Below, one piece after another: positions 37,139-47,520 of a DNA stretch of 64,000 bases. The number at the start of each line of letters is the position of its first letter. The first letter of the stretch is position 1. The notes beneath the pieces were generated by a model that ran no database searches, was not told where the DNA came from, and saw nothing but the letters and a program-made list of their open reading frames with translations. Origin of the DNA: an archaeon (lineage in GTDB: Archaea; Nanobdellota; Nanobdellia; Pacearchaeales; GW2011-AR1); the NCBI GenBank assembly GCA_043810775.1, contig JBDRNU010000003.1, positions 23,776 to 87,775 of the forward strand, in the 5' to 3' direction. The position numbers and the translations under genes are program-made.

Positions 37139-38296
37139 TCATTGTATGTTAAGAATTCTATTTACTTCTGACATTAATCTATCATTAAAAATAATTGATT
37201 TTTCATCTTCTTGCTTTTCAAGGCTTAGTGAATTAATTAAAGAATCTATTAGAGAGTTAAATTGAGACGGGTTTTCTTCAGAATACTTTTTAAAGATAGT
37301 TTTTTCAAGTTCATCGACGTCATTTGTTTCAACTTCTATTTTGGTTTCTTTTGTCAATAAACCTGAGGTGCTTTTTAACAGAACATAGGCTCCTTTAGAC
37401 TTTGCATAGTTTTCTATTTCTATGAAGTTTATATTACTTGTCTTGCCTTTTTTTATTTCTCCAGAAAGTCTTAGTAAAATTATTTTATCTCTTATATTTC
37501 TTTTATTTATTTCTGAGATTATATACTCTGTAGCAATAAGAGTGTTATCAATCTGAAGTTCAATTAATTCAACTTCTTTAAGCTTTAAATCAACCTTCCA
37601 ACAATTAAAAGGATTCGTCTCCACAATATAAAATCCCCCATATTTTAATTCCTCAATTTCCTGAAAATTGTTTGGAAAAATTGGGGATGAGTAAACAATA
37701 TTCTTGTTTCGATAGTTTATATGCAAGTGACCTAGTGCATAGTAATCTGCCTTAGGCAGCTTTGTTTCATCAACATATTCTATAGGAAGTCTACCTACAG
37801 CATCTTTTATTGAGGTATGAAGCATTAAAATTTTAAAAAAACCAGGTGATTCATTTAATTTTATTTTCTTTAATTCCTGAACTTCCAAGCCTGATTTTTT
37901 TCCAGGATAGCCATAAATCGCCGCCTTGTTGTGTATTACAGGATTAAGAATTATTGAATCTTCTTTTTCTTCAGCTAAGTGGACATTTTTACAAAATCCT
38001 GCTTTTTCAAGAACATCAAGAAAGGTTTTTCCTGAAACTGAATAGTCATGACTGCCTGCAATAATAAAACAAGATATCTTGCTTTCTTTTAGTTTTTTTA
38101 GAGTGGAAAATGCTTCCTTGAGTATATCAATAGGGGGGTAGGCTGAATCAAATAAATCACCAGCTATTAAAACAAAGTCTACACCTTCTTTTATACATAA
38201 ATCAATTGCCCTCTTGAAACTCTGTAAATTAAGCTCCTGAAGAGCCGGATAACGCCAAGAACCAAGATGGCAGTCTCCTAAATGAGCAAATTTCAT
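37139..38296 (-). CDS. mre11: Mre11 nuclease
   Basis: DCHLG, AGDLFD, GSHD, YYALGHLH. Confidence 0.95.
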   Translation of the reverse strand: MKFAHLGDCHLGSWRYPALQELNLQSFKRAIDLCIKEGVDFVLIAGDLFDSAYPPIDILKEAFSTLKKLKESKISCFIIAGSHDYSVSGKTFLDVLEKAGFCKNVHLAEEKEDSIILNPVIHNKAAIYGYPGKKSGLEVQELKKIKLNESPGFFKILMLHTSIKDAVGRLPIEYVDETKLPKADYYALGHLHINYRNKNIVYSSPIFPNNFQEIEELKYGGFYIVETNPFNCWKVDLKLKEVELIELQIDNTLIATEYIISEINKRNIRDKIILLRLSGEIKKGKTSNINFIEIENYAKSKGAYVLLKSTSGLLTKETKIEVETNDVDELEKTIFKKYSEENPSQFNSLIDSLINSLSLEKQEDEKSIIFNDRLMSEVNRILNIQ

Positions 38297-38403
38297 TTTT
38301 CCCTTAATTTAGACAATGAAAAATAAGAAGTATATAAATTTAGTTATAGTCAAGAAAACCATTTCCAGCATAAAGTTTATAAGTTTTAAAGATATAGATA
38401 TAT

Positions 38404-39015
38404 ATGGCTAATGAGTCTTTGATAGCTAACTCAGAAATTAGTAGTAGTCTTAATTTAATGGAGTTTATATCAAAGGAATTTATTACTAATTTAATTATAG
38501 CTGTTATTTTGCTTATTTTAGGATTTATTATTGGAAAGATAGTCAAACTTATATTAAAGAAGTTTTTGGAAAGAAGTGGAATTAAGAAAGATTCAAAACA
38601 CAATTTCTATTACTTATTTCTCACAATTATAGAGTGGAGCATATATGTGCTCTTTATTAATTTCGCACTAATTCAGCTGGATATTTCTGCTTTAACTGAG
38701 TGGCTTACATCAATATTATTTGTTATTCCTGCTATAACTGGGGCACTATTATTGATTTCAGTAGGATTTGCAATTGCTACTTATCTTAAAGACCTGATTG
38801 AAGACAGCAAAATTGAGGGATGGGAAGGCCTTTCAAAGATATTTTATTATTTTGTCCTCTATGTATTTATGGTGTTTGCATTTAAAACAGCCTTAATCTC
38901 AATAAATAGAGATATAGTCAATATATTATTGATTGCTCTAACAATAATTGTTTCTGTGGGAATAGTTATTTCTCACTTTGTAAAAAACTCACATACTAAA
39001 TTCCGCAGTAGTTGA
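38404..39015 (+). CDS. Membrane protein (CmpX/MscS TM-helix-like)
   Basis: Five TM segments; LILGFIIGK..K, IPAITGALL pattern. Confidence 0.7.
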   Translation: MANESLIANSEISSSLNLMEFISKEFITNLIIAVILLILGFIIGKIVKLILKKFLERSGIKKDSKHNFYYLFLTIIEWSIYVLFINFALIQLDISALTEWLTSILFVIPAITGALLLISVGFAIATYLKDLIEDSKIEGWEGLSKIFYYFVLYVFMVFAFKTALISINRDIVNILLIALTIIVSVGIVISHFVKNSHTKFRSS

Positions 39016-39065
39016 GTTTTTTATCACCTCGAAAATAGGGATTTTATATACTAATTTTCTTAGTT

Positions 39066-39593
39066 TTAAGAAGAAGTGAGAAGCCAAACACAAAGTTCTT
39101 CAAAAAAAAGCTTTTTCTTAGCTAAGAGCTTTTTTTTGTAATCTTGCCAGTTTATCTTACCTGAATAACTAGAAGTAAGCAAGAGAATTTTTCCTTTACT
39201 AGCTAGATGATCGCGAGCTTGATTAAGAAACTTGTTGATTGTCTCGCTTCCAAGCTTACCACCTGTTGTATCTTTTTTATTATCATATTTATCTGCAGGG
39301 AGATAAGGAGGGTTAAAAATAATTAAATCAAACTTTTCTTTTATATTTTCAAAGAGATTTGACTTAATTATCTTGGATTTTTTGAAATTAGATTTTAAAT
39401 AATTTAATGATTCACTATCAATATCAGATAAGGTTATATTTTCCGGAGATATTCTTGATTTAATGCAGATTTTGGCTTGGACTCCGCTTCCTGAACCAGT
39501 ATCCAGTATTTTAATATCTTTATTTTTTAATTTAGTTAAATATTTAGTTAAAATTTCTGATAGAAAATAAGAGTCTTCATCTGGAGAATACAT
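39066..39593 (-). CDS. prmC: HemK2/PrmC-family N5-glutamine methyltransferase
   Basis: YSPDEDS, LDTGSGSG, FNPPY, GGKLG. Confidence 0.88.
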   Translation of the reverse strand: MYSPDEDSYFLSEILTKYLTKLKNKDIKILDTGSGSGVQAKICIKSRISPENITLSDIDSESLNYLKSNFKKSKIIKSNLFENIKEKFDLIIFNPPYLPADKYDNKKDTTGGKLGSETINKFLNQARDHLASKGKILLLTSSYSGKINWQDYKKKLLAKKKLFFEELCVWLLTSS

Positions 39594-39594
39594 T

Positions 39595-40113
39595 TTATAT
39601 CTGGATATCAATTCCTAAGGATTGCAAAATACTTGATATTTTTTCTGGCCAAAAAACAGTAGTTAATAAAGTCAGTAGTAATAAAGTTAAGATTATTGCT
39701 AAAGTAATTATAATTATTAAGCCTTTTTTGCCTTTTTTCTCTTTAGGCATAAAGGGTTGCTTCATCAATAACTGAGGTTGAAATTGCTGGTCAAATGGTG
39801 CTTGAGGAGCTTGCTGTGGAGGCTGCCTATTAATTGGCTGGCGAGCTTGCTGAAAATTAGGATTGGGCTGGCGTGGCTGTTGAGGGAGTTGTCTTGGAAT
39901 AGATTGAGGGGGAGGAGATGATGGAGAAGATTGCTGAGGGGAAGGCTGAGATTGAATTCCCGGATAAGAAGAATATCCCAGGGCAGAAGCTGCTTCTTCT
40001 ACTTCTTGTCTAGCATAACCTGAATTAATAAAGGATTGTTTAGCTAAATCCAAAGAATAACCTCTTTCTATTGCATTTTTTAATCCTTCAACTATTTCTG
40101 GATGATAAACCAT
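39595..40113 (-). CDS. Membrane-anchored protein: helical N-domain, Pro/Gln-rich linker, C-terminal TM
   Basis: GLKNAIERG..NSGY..EVEEA; QQP repeats; TM helix. Confidence 0.8.
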   Translation of the reverse strand: MVYHPEIVEGLKNAIERGYSLDLAKQSFINSGYARQEVEEAASALGYSSYPGIQSQPSPQQSSPSSPPPQSIPRQLPQQPRQPNPNFQQARQPINRQPPQQAPQAPFDQQFQPQLLMKQPFMPKEKKGKKGLIIIITLAIILTLLLLTLLTTVFWPEKISSILQSLGIDIQI

Positions 40114-40137
40114 TTTACTAAGATAGAATATTCTTAT

Positions 40138-41472
40138 TTATTTTAAATCTATGTATTGCAAATCTTCCATTATATGGCAGTCTTTTTTTAGCTTATAACC
40201 TAACTCAGATGCTAGCTCTGCCATTGCTGATAATTTCCTAATATCTCCGTGCGCGGGAATTATATGCTGTGGCTTTACTAGATTGATAAAATCTCTTAAA
40301 TCCTCCCTACCAGCGTGTCCTGAAGTGTGAACATTATCAAAAATTCTTACACCTTTACTTTTCAACCTTTTTTCTAATTGTCTCCTGTTTGCTATACTAA
40401 CTTCTGTAGGGATAGTTGAAGATGAGAAAATTACATGATCATTTGGGTGAAGATTTATAGGAACTAATCCTCGAGATATTTTGTCAAGCATTGCTCCTGG
40501 CTCTCCCTGATGGCCGGTACATACTAGCAAATACTTGGATCTTTTTTCATTTACTTTTTTAAGTGCTGCCTCTACCTGGCGCCTATAACTAAAAATCTGG
40601 ATATCATTTTGAAAGGGGCACATTTTTGCACGCTTGGCAGCAGTTACATATTTATTCAAGCTCCTACCTGCAAAAACTATTTTTCTGTTAAGTTGCTTTC
40701 CAAAGTCAACTATACTCTTTAGTCTTGCAATATGGGATGAAAAAGTTGTAACCATAATTCCATTTTCTTTATTATCTGTGGTGAGCATTACTTCTTCAAG
40801 CAGTGTGCGAGCTACTTTTTCACTTGGAGTCTTTCTGTCAGTATCCGCATATAGTGAATCTACTATTAGTGCTTTTACTCCTTCTTTGGCTATTCTTTTT
40901 AAAGCTTCATAATTAGGTTTTTTTCCTAAAACAGGAGTATTATCCAGCTTGAAATCATTTGCATATAATACTACTCCCTCATTTGTATGAAGAGCAATTA
41001 AGCAGGTCTGAATTGTTGAGTGGGTGATATTTAGAAATTCCACCTGATATTTTTTCTTCCCATTAACAGTATATGTAGAGTTTGGCTGGATTGATTTTAG
41101 CTGATTACGCATATGAGCTTTTTCATCATTAAGAATTATTTTTAAAACTTCCATAGTAAATGGCGAGCCAACTATATCTGCATTGAACCTGTTACCAATA
41201 TAAGGGATAGCACCTATATGGTCTAGATGAGCGTGTCCCAGCAAGATTGCACGAACCTTGTTTCTTAGGCCTTGCCTGTCTAGAATAGTATCTTGCGGAA
41301 GAGCGCCAATAGTTCTAAGGCTTTTTTCAGTGGGCACTTTCTCTCTTTCTTCTAGCTCTACTATTGGAGGAAGATAAACTCCTGCATCAAAAACTATGAC
41401 ATCATCTTTTAGCTGTACTGCAGTCATATTTTTACCTACTTCACTATATCCTCCAATTGTATAAATTCTCAT
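40138..41472 (-). CDS. rnj: Archaeal ribonuclease J
   Basis: GGYSEVGKNM, HAHLDHIG, FSSHIAR, TGHQGEP, HTSGH, PAHG. Confidence 0.95.
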   Translation of the reverse strand: MRIYTIGGYSEVGKNMTAVQLKDDVIVFDAGVYLPPIVELEEREKVPTEKSLRTIGALPQDTILDRQGLRNKVRAILLGHAHLDHIGAIPYIGNRFNADIVGSPFTMEVLKIILNDEKAHMRNQLKSIQPNSTYTVNGKKKYQVEFLNITHSTIQTCLIALHTNEGVVLYANDFKLDNTPVLGKKPNYEALKRIAKEGVKALIVDSLYADTDRKTPSEKVARTLLEEVMLTTDNKENGIMVTTFSSHIARLKSIVDFGKQLNRKIVFAGRSLNKYVTAAKRAKMCPFQNDIQIFSYRRQVEAALKKVNEKRSKYLLVCTGHQGEPGAMLDKISRGLVPINLHPNDHVIFSSSTIPTEVSIANRRQLEKRLKSKGVRIFDNVHTSGHAGREDLRDFINLVKPQHIIPAHGDIRKLSAMAELASELGYKLKKDCHIMEDLQYIDLK

Positions 41473-41675
41473 TGTATTAGTCTCTTTTTATTATAAATTT
41501 CTAGGAAATAAAGCTTAAAAATCTATCTAGAACTAGACAGTGTAATAATATTTAGGCAAGTAGGATATTTAAAATTTTCTATCTAGGAAAGTAAATGGAG
41601 TTAACTTTATAAATAAAGATTACTGATGAAATTTATATATTTCCTTTACTGGAAAGTCTCGTGGTTAAAAATCAG

Positions 41676-41813
41676 TTAACTATCAATATAATCTTCATCC
41701 ATAATGTCATCTTCAGTGAGTTCGTCAGCATCAAGAACTATGTCGCCTTCGTCTACTTCAATATCGCCAATTCGCCTCTTTGAAGAGGATTGAGAAATAT
41801 CAGGAAACCTCAT
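41676..41813 (-). CDS. 45-aa highly acidic peptide (not in ORF track)
   Basis: MRFPDISQSSSKRRIGDIEVDEGDIVLDADELTEDDIMDEDYIDS; TATA ctttatata ~21 nt upstream. Confidence 0.6.
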   Translation of the reverse strand: MRFPDISQSSSKRRIGDIEVDEGDIVLDADELTEDDIMDEDYIDS

Positions 41814-41898
41814 AAATTTGAGAAAAAAATATAGTATATAAAGTTAAGGTATATATCGTATATGTAGAATAAAAGTATGAAAATTTAAATTTTCAAAC

Positions 41899-43683
41899 AT
41901 GGCAAGAATACCTCCAAAAAATATAGATTTTAAGTATAATCTTAAGGAATACTTTAAATTTCTTAAGAATTATAAGTGGCTTTTCATAGCTGTCTTAGTA
42001 GTAATTTTAGTAGCTGAAGCTACACTTACTGCGGATAAATTCCTATTCAAAGCGATAATTGATAGGGGTACTGATTTTGCTGCAGGAAATTTAGCAAGAG
42101 GAGAACTTGTAAATATATTGATAATTGTGGCTTTAATTTACTTAGGTATTTTAGGAACTAGAGCTATTATGAGATGGCTGCAGATTCATCTTATAATGCA
42201 TCTAGAAGGCAATATGATATATGACTTAAAAAGAAAATATTTTAATCATATTATTCATCTTGACCATAACTTTCATACTACTCATAAAACTGGAAGCTTA
42301 ATTTCAAAATTAAACAGAGGGGCTGCATCAATTGAAAGAATGACTGATTTAATTATTTTTAATGTTGCTCCTTTAATATTCCAATTAATTGTAGTTGGCA
42401 CAAGCTTGATTTATTTTTCCTGGCTTTCAGCTGTAGTGTTGATAATTACTTGTGCTGTATTTATTAGCTATTCTGTGTACTTACAGCATATTCAGAAAGA
42501 TTCAAGCTTGAAAGCAAATAAAACAGAAGATATAGAAAAAGGACAGATGGCTGATTTTTTCACGAATGTTGATTCAATTAAGTATTTTGGCAAGGAAGAA
42601 AATGTTAAGAATAATTACAAAAAACTAACTTGGAAAAATAGACTAGCTTGGATAAAGTATAATGCATATTTTAGATGGTGGGATTTGGGGCATACACTAA
42701 TTTTAGGTGTAGGTTTATTTTTCTTAATATTATTTCCAATTCTAAGTTTCTTAAATGGAGAAATTTCAGTAGGAACACTGGTGTTTATTTATACTGTTTA
42801 TGGAAATTTAGTTGGACCTTTATTCGGGTTTGTTGGAGGAATTAGAAATTACTACAAATCTATGATAGATTTTGAGTATTTATTTAGGTATAATAAAATA
42901 CAAAATGAGATTAAAGATAAGTATAATGCAAAAGAGCTTAAAATTAATAGTGGAGAAATTGAGTTTAGAGAGATAAGCTTCAGCTATGGTAAAAGAAAAG
43001 TTATACCTTATTTTAATCTGAAAATTAAACCAAATGAAAAAATTGCTTTTGTCGGGCATTCTGGGTGCGGGAAGACAACTCTTGTTAAGCTTTTATACAG
43101 ATTTTATGATGTTGATGATGGAGCAATATTAATTGATGGTAAGGATATTCGTGACTTTAAGCAGGAGTCAGTCAGAAGTGAGATGAGTAATGTTCCTCAA
43201 GAGTGTGTTTTATTTGATGACACAATTTATAATAATATTGCTTTTTCAAATCCACGGGCAACTAGAAAAGATGTAATTAGAGCTATGAAGTTTGCTCAGC
43301 TAGATAAAATTATAAGTTATTTCCCAAAAAAAGAAAATACTATTGTTGGGGAGAGAGGTGTTAGATTATCAGGGGGGGAAAAGCAGAGAGTTTCCATAGC
43401 TAGGGCAATACTTGCAAACAAAAAAATACTTGTTCTAGATGAAGCTACTTCTTCGCTGGACTCAGAAACAGAAGCTGAGATTAAGGCTGCATTAGAAAAA
43501 CTAATGCAGGGAAGGACAAGCATTATAATTGCCCATAGACTATCAACTATTATGAGAGCTGACAAGATTATAGTAATGAGGGGGGGCAGAATTGTTCAGG
43601 TGGGGAAGCATTCAGAGCTTATTAAGCAAGAAGGAGAGTATAGGAAACTGTGGAACTTGCAGAAGGGAGGATATATTAAATGA
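41899..43683 (+). CDS. ABC exporter, fused TMD-NBD (MsbA/Atm1-like)
   Basis: GHSGCGKTT, LSGGEKQR, LDEATS. Confidence 0.95.
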   Translation: MARIPPKNIDFKYNLKEYFKFLKNYKWLFIAVLVVILVAEATLTADKFLFKAIIDRGTDFAAGNLARGELVNILIIVALIYLGILGTRAIMRWLQIHLIMHLEGNMIYDLKRKYFNHIIHLDHNFHTTHKTGSLISKLNRGAASIERMTDLIIFNVAPLIFQLIVVGTSLIYFSWLSAVVLIITCAVFISYSVYLQHIQKDSSLKANKTEDIEKGQMADFFTNVDSIKYFGKEENVKNNYKKLTWKNRLAWIKYNAYFRWWDLGHTLILGVGLFFLILFPILSFLNGEISVGTLVFIYTVYGNLVGPLFGFVGGIRNYYKSMIDFEYLFRYNKIQNEIKDKYNAKELKINSGEIEFREISFSYGKRKVIPYFNLKIKPNEKIAFVGHSGCGKTTLVKLLYRFYDVDDGAILIDGKDIRDFKQESVRSEMSNVPQECVLFDDTIYNNIAFSNPRATRKDVIRAMKFAQLDKIISYFPKKENTIVGERGVRLSGGEKQRVSIARAILANKKILVLDEATSSLDSETEAEIKAALEKLMQGRTSIIIAHRLSTIMRADKIIVMRGGRIVQVGKHSELIKQEGEYRKLWNLQKGGYIK

Positions 43684-44438
43684 ATAGAGAAGGAAAAATA
43701 GCCTACTTAACAATTGATGACGCTCCATCTGATGATTTTAAAGAAAAAGTTGATTTTCTAGCTAGTAAGAAAATTCCAGCAGTATTTTTCTGCGAAGGAG
43801 AGTTTCTTGAAGAAAGTGAAGAAGATATTACTTATGCTATAAAAAAAGGATTTATTATTGGAAACCATGGATATAAAGGGCACCCTTATTTTTCAAATTT
43901 AACTTTAGAGCAGGCAAAAGAACAAATAAAAAAAGCTGATGAATTAATTGACAAAATGTATGAAAAAGCAGGAATCAGAAGACCTGCAAAATTCTTTAGG
44001 TTCCCGTATGGAGATAAGGGGGGGAATGAAAATAAGCAAGATTATAAAAATGAAAAGCCATTTAGTGAAGAAGGAAGAAAGAAGAAAGAAGAAATCCAGG
44101 AATTTTTAAGACAATTGGGATATACTCATCCTAAATTTAAAGGAATCACTTACAAATACTTTAAGCCATATTTAGATGATGCTGACTGGTACTGGACTTA
44201 TGATTGCTTTGAATACTCAATTTTTTCAAAAAATCCTTATTTTGGAATAGATAGTATAGATAAGGTGTATGCAAGAATGGATGAAGATGTGCCAGAAGGA
44301 TGCAGAGGATTAAATTATCCTGACTCAGAAGAAATAATACTTCTTCATGACCATGATGATACCACTAAATATTTTAAGCTAATAATTGAGAAATTATTAA
44401 GCAAGGGAATTAAATTTAAGCTTCCTGAATTAAGATGA
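43680..44438 (+). CDS. Polysaccharide deacetylase (NodB family)
   Basis: LTIDDAP, GNH..H, FRFPYG, ILLHD. Confidence 0.92.
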   Translation: MNREGKIAYLTIDDAPSDDFKEKVDFLASKKIPAVFFCEGEFLEESEEDITYAIKKGFIIGNHGYKGHPYFSNLTLEQAKEQIKKADELIDKMYEKAGIRRPAKFFRFPYGDKGGNENKQDYKNEKPFSEEGRKKKEEIQEFLRQLGYTHPKFKGITYKYFKPYLDDADWYWTYDCFEYSIFSKNPYFGIDSIDKVYARMDEDVPEGCRGLNYPDSEEIILLHDHDDTTKYFKLIIEKLLSKGIKFKLPELR

Positions 44439-45172
44439 GCTATCCAAAATTTCCAAATAAGCATTTAGAAAAAGCATTGTTTAGTCCTGAGGATTTTATT
44501 AGCTATGCAAAAAAGAGCAGGGTTCCTAAGAAAATTATAATTACCTATCCTTACACTAATCTACCTTATATTGCAAAAAAATATGGCGCTACAAGAATAG
44601 ATGGGGGACTTATTCAAAAAACTTATGTAACTAAAAAAAGAGATATTGGATTTGTTCAAATGTCTGGAATTGGAAGCCCAAATGCAGTAACTGCTGTTGA
44701 AGAGTTAATTGCCAGAGGAGCAAGAACTTTTCTTAATATAGGCACAGCTGGAGGACTTCATACGGATGGAATTTTCCTTTGCAATAAAGCTTTAAGAGAT
44801 GAAGGAACTAGCTATCACTATCTTCCTAAAGGACATTATGTTTATCCTGATGAAAGATTAACTGGGAAGTTTGGAAAATGCATAGGAAGACAAGGGCTAG
44901 AATATGAAGAAGGGACTACTTGGACTATAGATGCTCCTTATAGGGAGACGAAGGCTGAGATAGAAAGATATGCTAAAAAAGGTATTAAAACAGTTGACAT
45001 GGAAGCTTCTGCTTTATTTGCCCTTGCACAGTTTAGAAAAGTAAAGATAGCTAGCGCTTTTGTAGTTAGTGATTCGCTAAGCAAGAAGTGGGGCCCGAAA
45101 TTCAAAAAAAGACAGATAAAAGCAATGGTTAACAAATTAATTGATGCAGGAGTTGAATGCTTAAGAAGTTAA
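44435..45172 (+). CDS. Nucleoside phosphorylase (PNP/UDP family)
   Basis: GIGSP, IGTAG, RDEGTSYHY, WTIDAPYRET, DMEASA, VVSD. Confidence 0.93.
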   Translation: MSYPKFPNKHLEKALFSPEDFISYAKKSRVPKKIIITYPYTNLPYIAKKYGATRIDGGLIQKTYVTKKRDIGFVQMSGIGSPNAVTAVEELIARGARTFLNIGTAGGLHTDGIFLCNKALRDEGTSYHYLPKGHYVYPDERLTGKFGKCIGRQGLEYEEGTTWTIDAPYRETKAEIERYAKKGIKTVDMEASALFALAQFRKVKIASAFVVSDSLSKKWGPKFKKRQIKAMVNKLIDAGVECLRS

Positions 45173-45237
45173 AATAGAAAAGTTTAAATATATATTAATA
45201 CTTAATAGTTATAAGTTAATAAATATTAGTTATTAAA

Positions 45238-45504
45238 ATGTTGAAACAAAAACCAGCTCATTGGCCAACTCTAAATACAGTTATAATGGTTGAAAATGTG
45301 CTAAAGAAAATGAATGAAAGCGTGATTAAAATAGCAGAGCTTAAAAGAAAGCTTCCAAAACAGATTAATCATAACACTCTTATGCTTATTCTAAAATATC
45401 TTGAAGAAAGCAATAAAATTTTAGTTACAATAGATGGAATAACTTGGATTCATAATCCTAATCCAAACTTGAGAAAAGCAATTTCAGAAGGCATGAGAAT
45501 ATGA
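45238..45504 (+). CDS. Winged-helix protein, probable antitoxin
   Basis: PTLNTVIMVE..ELKRKLPKQ..L.YLEESNKI; own promoter; ATGA overlap with next gene. Confidence 0.7.
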   Translation: MLKQKPAHWPTLNTVIMVENVLKKMNESVIKIAELKRKLPKQINHNTLMLILKYLEESNKILVTIDGITWIHNPNPNLRKAISEGMRI

Positions 45505-45854
45505 AAATTGTAGGTATAGTATTATCTCCTGAAGCAAAAGAAGTTTATTTGTACCTAAACAGGGAATCAGAGCACTCAAAAACAGAGAAAATGCTTCTAA
45601 AGGCAATTAACCAGAAATTTGAGTTAATAAAAATAAATCCCCATTATGGAAATCCTATTTCAAAAATATTAATCCCAAAAGAATATAAAATAAAATATGG
45701 GAATTTAAATCTCTTCAGAGTTGAACTTCCTAATTTTTGGAGAATGCTTTATACACTAACAGAAGGTGAAACAAAAATCGAAGTTGTAGCATTTATTATC
45801 GATATTACTGATCATCCTATATATAATAAAAAATTTGGCTATAAAAAAAAGTGA
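45501..45854 (+). CDS. RelE/ParE-like toxin (probable)
   Basis: NPHYG, LFRVELPNFWRMLYTL, C-terminal H..Y; size and TA-like arrangement. Confidence 0.65.
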   Translation: MKIVGIVLSPEAKEVYLYLNRESEHSKTEKMLLKAINQKFELIKINPHYGNPISKILIPKEYKIKYGNLNLFRVELPNFWRMLYTLTEGETKIEVVAFIIDITDHPIYNKKFGYKKK

Positions 45855-45860
45855 ATTAAA

Positions 45861-46316
45861 ATGAACCGAAACATTAAATTCAAGCCAGAGATAAGGAGAA
45901 TGAAGAAAAATGAGATGAAGCAGGTAGCTATGATACTGAAAGCTGAATCTAGAAAAGAGCCGTATAATGAAAAATGGACAAATACTTCTGCTGTGAAAAA
46001 AATTAAAGAATATATTAAGGACTGCAATGAAATTTATGTGGCTGTATTTGATAAGGAGATTTTAGGATTTATCATAGTGAGGAGGGAGGTGGGGTGGAAT
46101 AAGGGCAAGCTGATAGTTAATGAGTTATTTATCAAGGAAGATTATCAGAGGCAGGGAATTGGCAAGATGCTTGTAAAGAAAGTGGAAAGAATATACCAGA
46201 GCAAGGTTGGAGCTATGTTCTTGACTACAAGCAAGGATGCCAAGGCTTACAAGTTTTACCAATCCTTGGGATTTAAGGCTAGCAGAAGAACTGTGTATAT
46301 GAAAAAGGAGGTATAG
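45861..46316 (+). CDS. GNAT acetyltransferase
   Basis: YQRQGIGK, AYKFYQSLGF. Confidence 0.93.
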   Translation: MNRNIKFKPEIRRMKKNEMKQVAMILKAESRKEPYNEKWTNTSAVKKIKEYIKDCNEIYVAVFDKEILGFIIVRREVGWNKGKLIVNELFIKEDYQRQGIGKMLVKKVERIYQSKVGAMFLTTSKDAKAYKFYQSLGFKASRRTVYMKKEV

Positions 46317-47520
46317 AGGATGAATTTTGAAAAAAAGACAAGAGCCCTAAGTTATGGGATGGAATTTACCCATGGAATAAGAAGAGCTTTAATGGGGGCT
46401 CTTGCACTAGTATACTTTGTATATCTTGGATTTAGCATTGTATCAATTACAACTTTATTTGCAATTTCAACCCTTATTATGATTTTCTTTGAATTTCCAA
46501 CTGGAGCTATAGCAGATTATGACTCTAGAAAAAAATCGCTTGTAATATCTTTCTTTTTGCTTTCTGTGGCATTTTTTGGAATATTTGCATTTAACAATTT
46601 TTGGTTAATTGCTGTGTCGTGGATTTTAGGAGATATTGCGTGGACTTTTTCCACAGGAGCAGGTTCAGCATGGATTATTGATGCACTGGGATATTCTAAA
46701 AATAAATCGAAATTAGTGAATCTTATATCGAGGTGTTATTTTTTTGAAAAAGGAGGGCATATTATTGGAGGTTTGATTGGGCTTGTGATAGTTGCAATTA
46801 GCTTTAGATTTGTTTGGCTTGTTATTTCTATTACCAATTTGATTATGATGTTTATAATTATTTTCTATGTAGAAGAAAGAAATTTTAAACCTACAAAAGT
46901 GCCCCATAATTATGCAGTTAAGGCAATGATTAAAGCAAAAGAATCATTTTCTTACCTCATCCATAAAGATAATAGTGAATTAAGGGCTTTGCTGATAGCT
47001 GGATTAATATCTATAATAGGAGGAAGTATATTTTTTATTGGAGTTCCTTTGTTGTTTACTGAGATATTTAATTTAAAACCTGAAAATTTATCTGCTTTAT
47101 TTGCTTTTGTAATGGCATTATCACTTATAAGTCCATTTATAGCTGAAAAAATATCTAATAAAAAAGGATTTAGATATTCATTGTTTGGAATGTTTGCAGT
47201 AATGGGTCTTGCAATGATTGTTTTAGCTGTATTGGGAAATTTAACATATGCAATTATTGCTTTTGGAATAATACAAATTTCACTAACTGCAACTGATGTT
47301 ATATCAGATTCTGCTCTTGAACATGAATTTTCCTCAAAAATTAGGGCCTCTTTAGGTTCATTAAATAGTATCAACTGGAGCATTGCCCATTCAATTGGAG
47401 TATTTTTAGCAGGAATTAGCATTACTTTTTTAGGAATAATAAATACAATTGTGGCGGCTGGAGGGATTACAATTGTGGCCGCAATCATCTATTTAGTAGG
47501 GATGAAAAAGGAGGTATAGA
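46299..47520 (+). repeat. 19-bp direct repeats flanking the MFS gene
   Basis: ATGAAAAAGGAGGTATAGA at 46299-46317 and 47502-47520; both genes end MKKEV*. Confidence 0.9.
46320..47519 (+). CDS. MFS transporter
   Basis: FEFPTGAIADYDSRKKS; about 12 TM helices. Confidence 0.93.
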   Translation: MNFEKKTRALSYGMEFTHGIRRALMGALALVYFVYLGFSIVSITTLFAISTLIMIFFEFPTGAIADYDSRKKSLVISFFLLSVAFFGIFAFNNFWLIAVSWILGDIAWTFSTGAGSAWIIDALGYSKNKSKLVNLISRCYFFEKGGHIIGGLIGLVIVAISFRFVWLVISITNLIMMFIIIFYVEERNFKPTKVPHNYAVKAMIKAKESFSYLIHKDNSELRALLIAGLISIIGGSIFFIGVPLLFTEIFNLKPENLSALFAFVMALSLISPFIAEKISNKKGFRYSLFGMFAVMGLAMIVLAVLGNLTYAIIAFGIIQISLTATDVISDSALEHEFSSKIRASLGSLNSINWSIAHSIGVFLAGISITFLGIINTIVAAGGITIVAAIIYLVGMKKEV

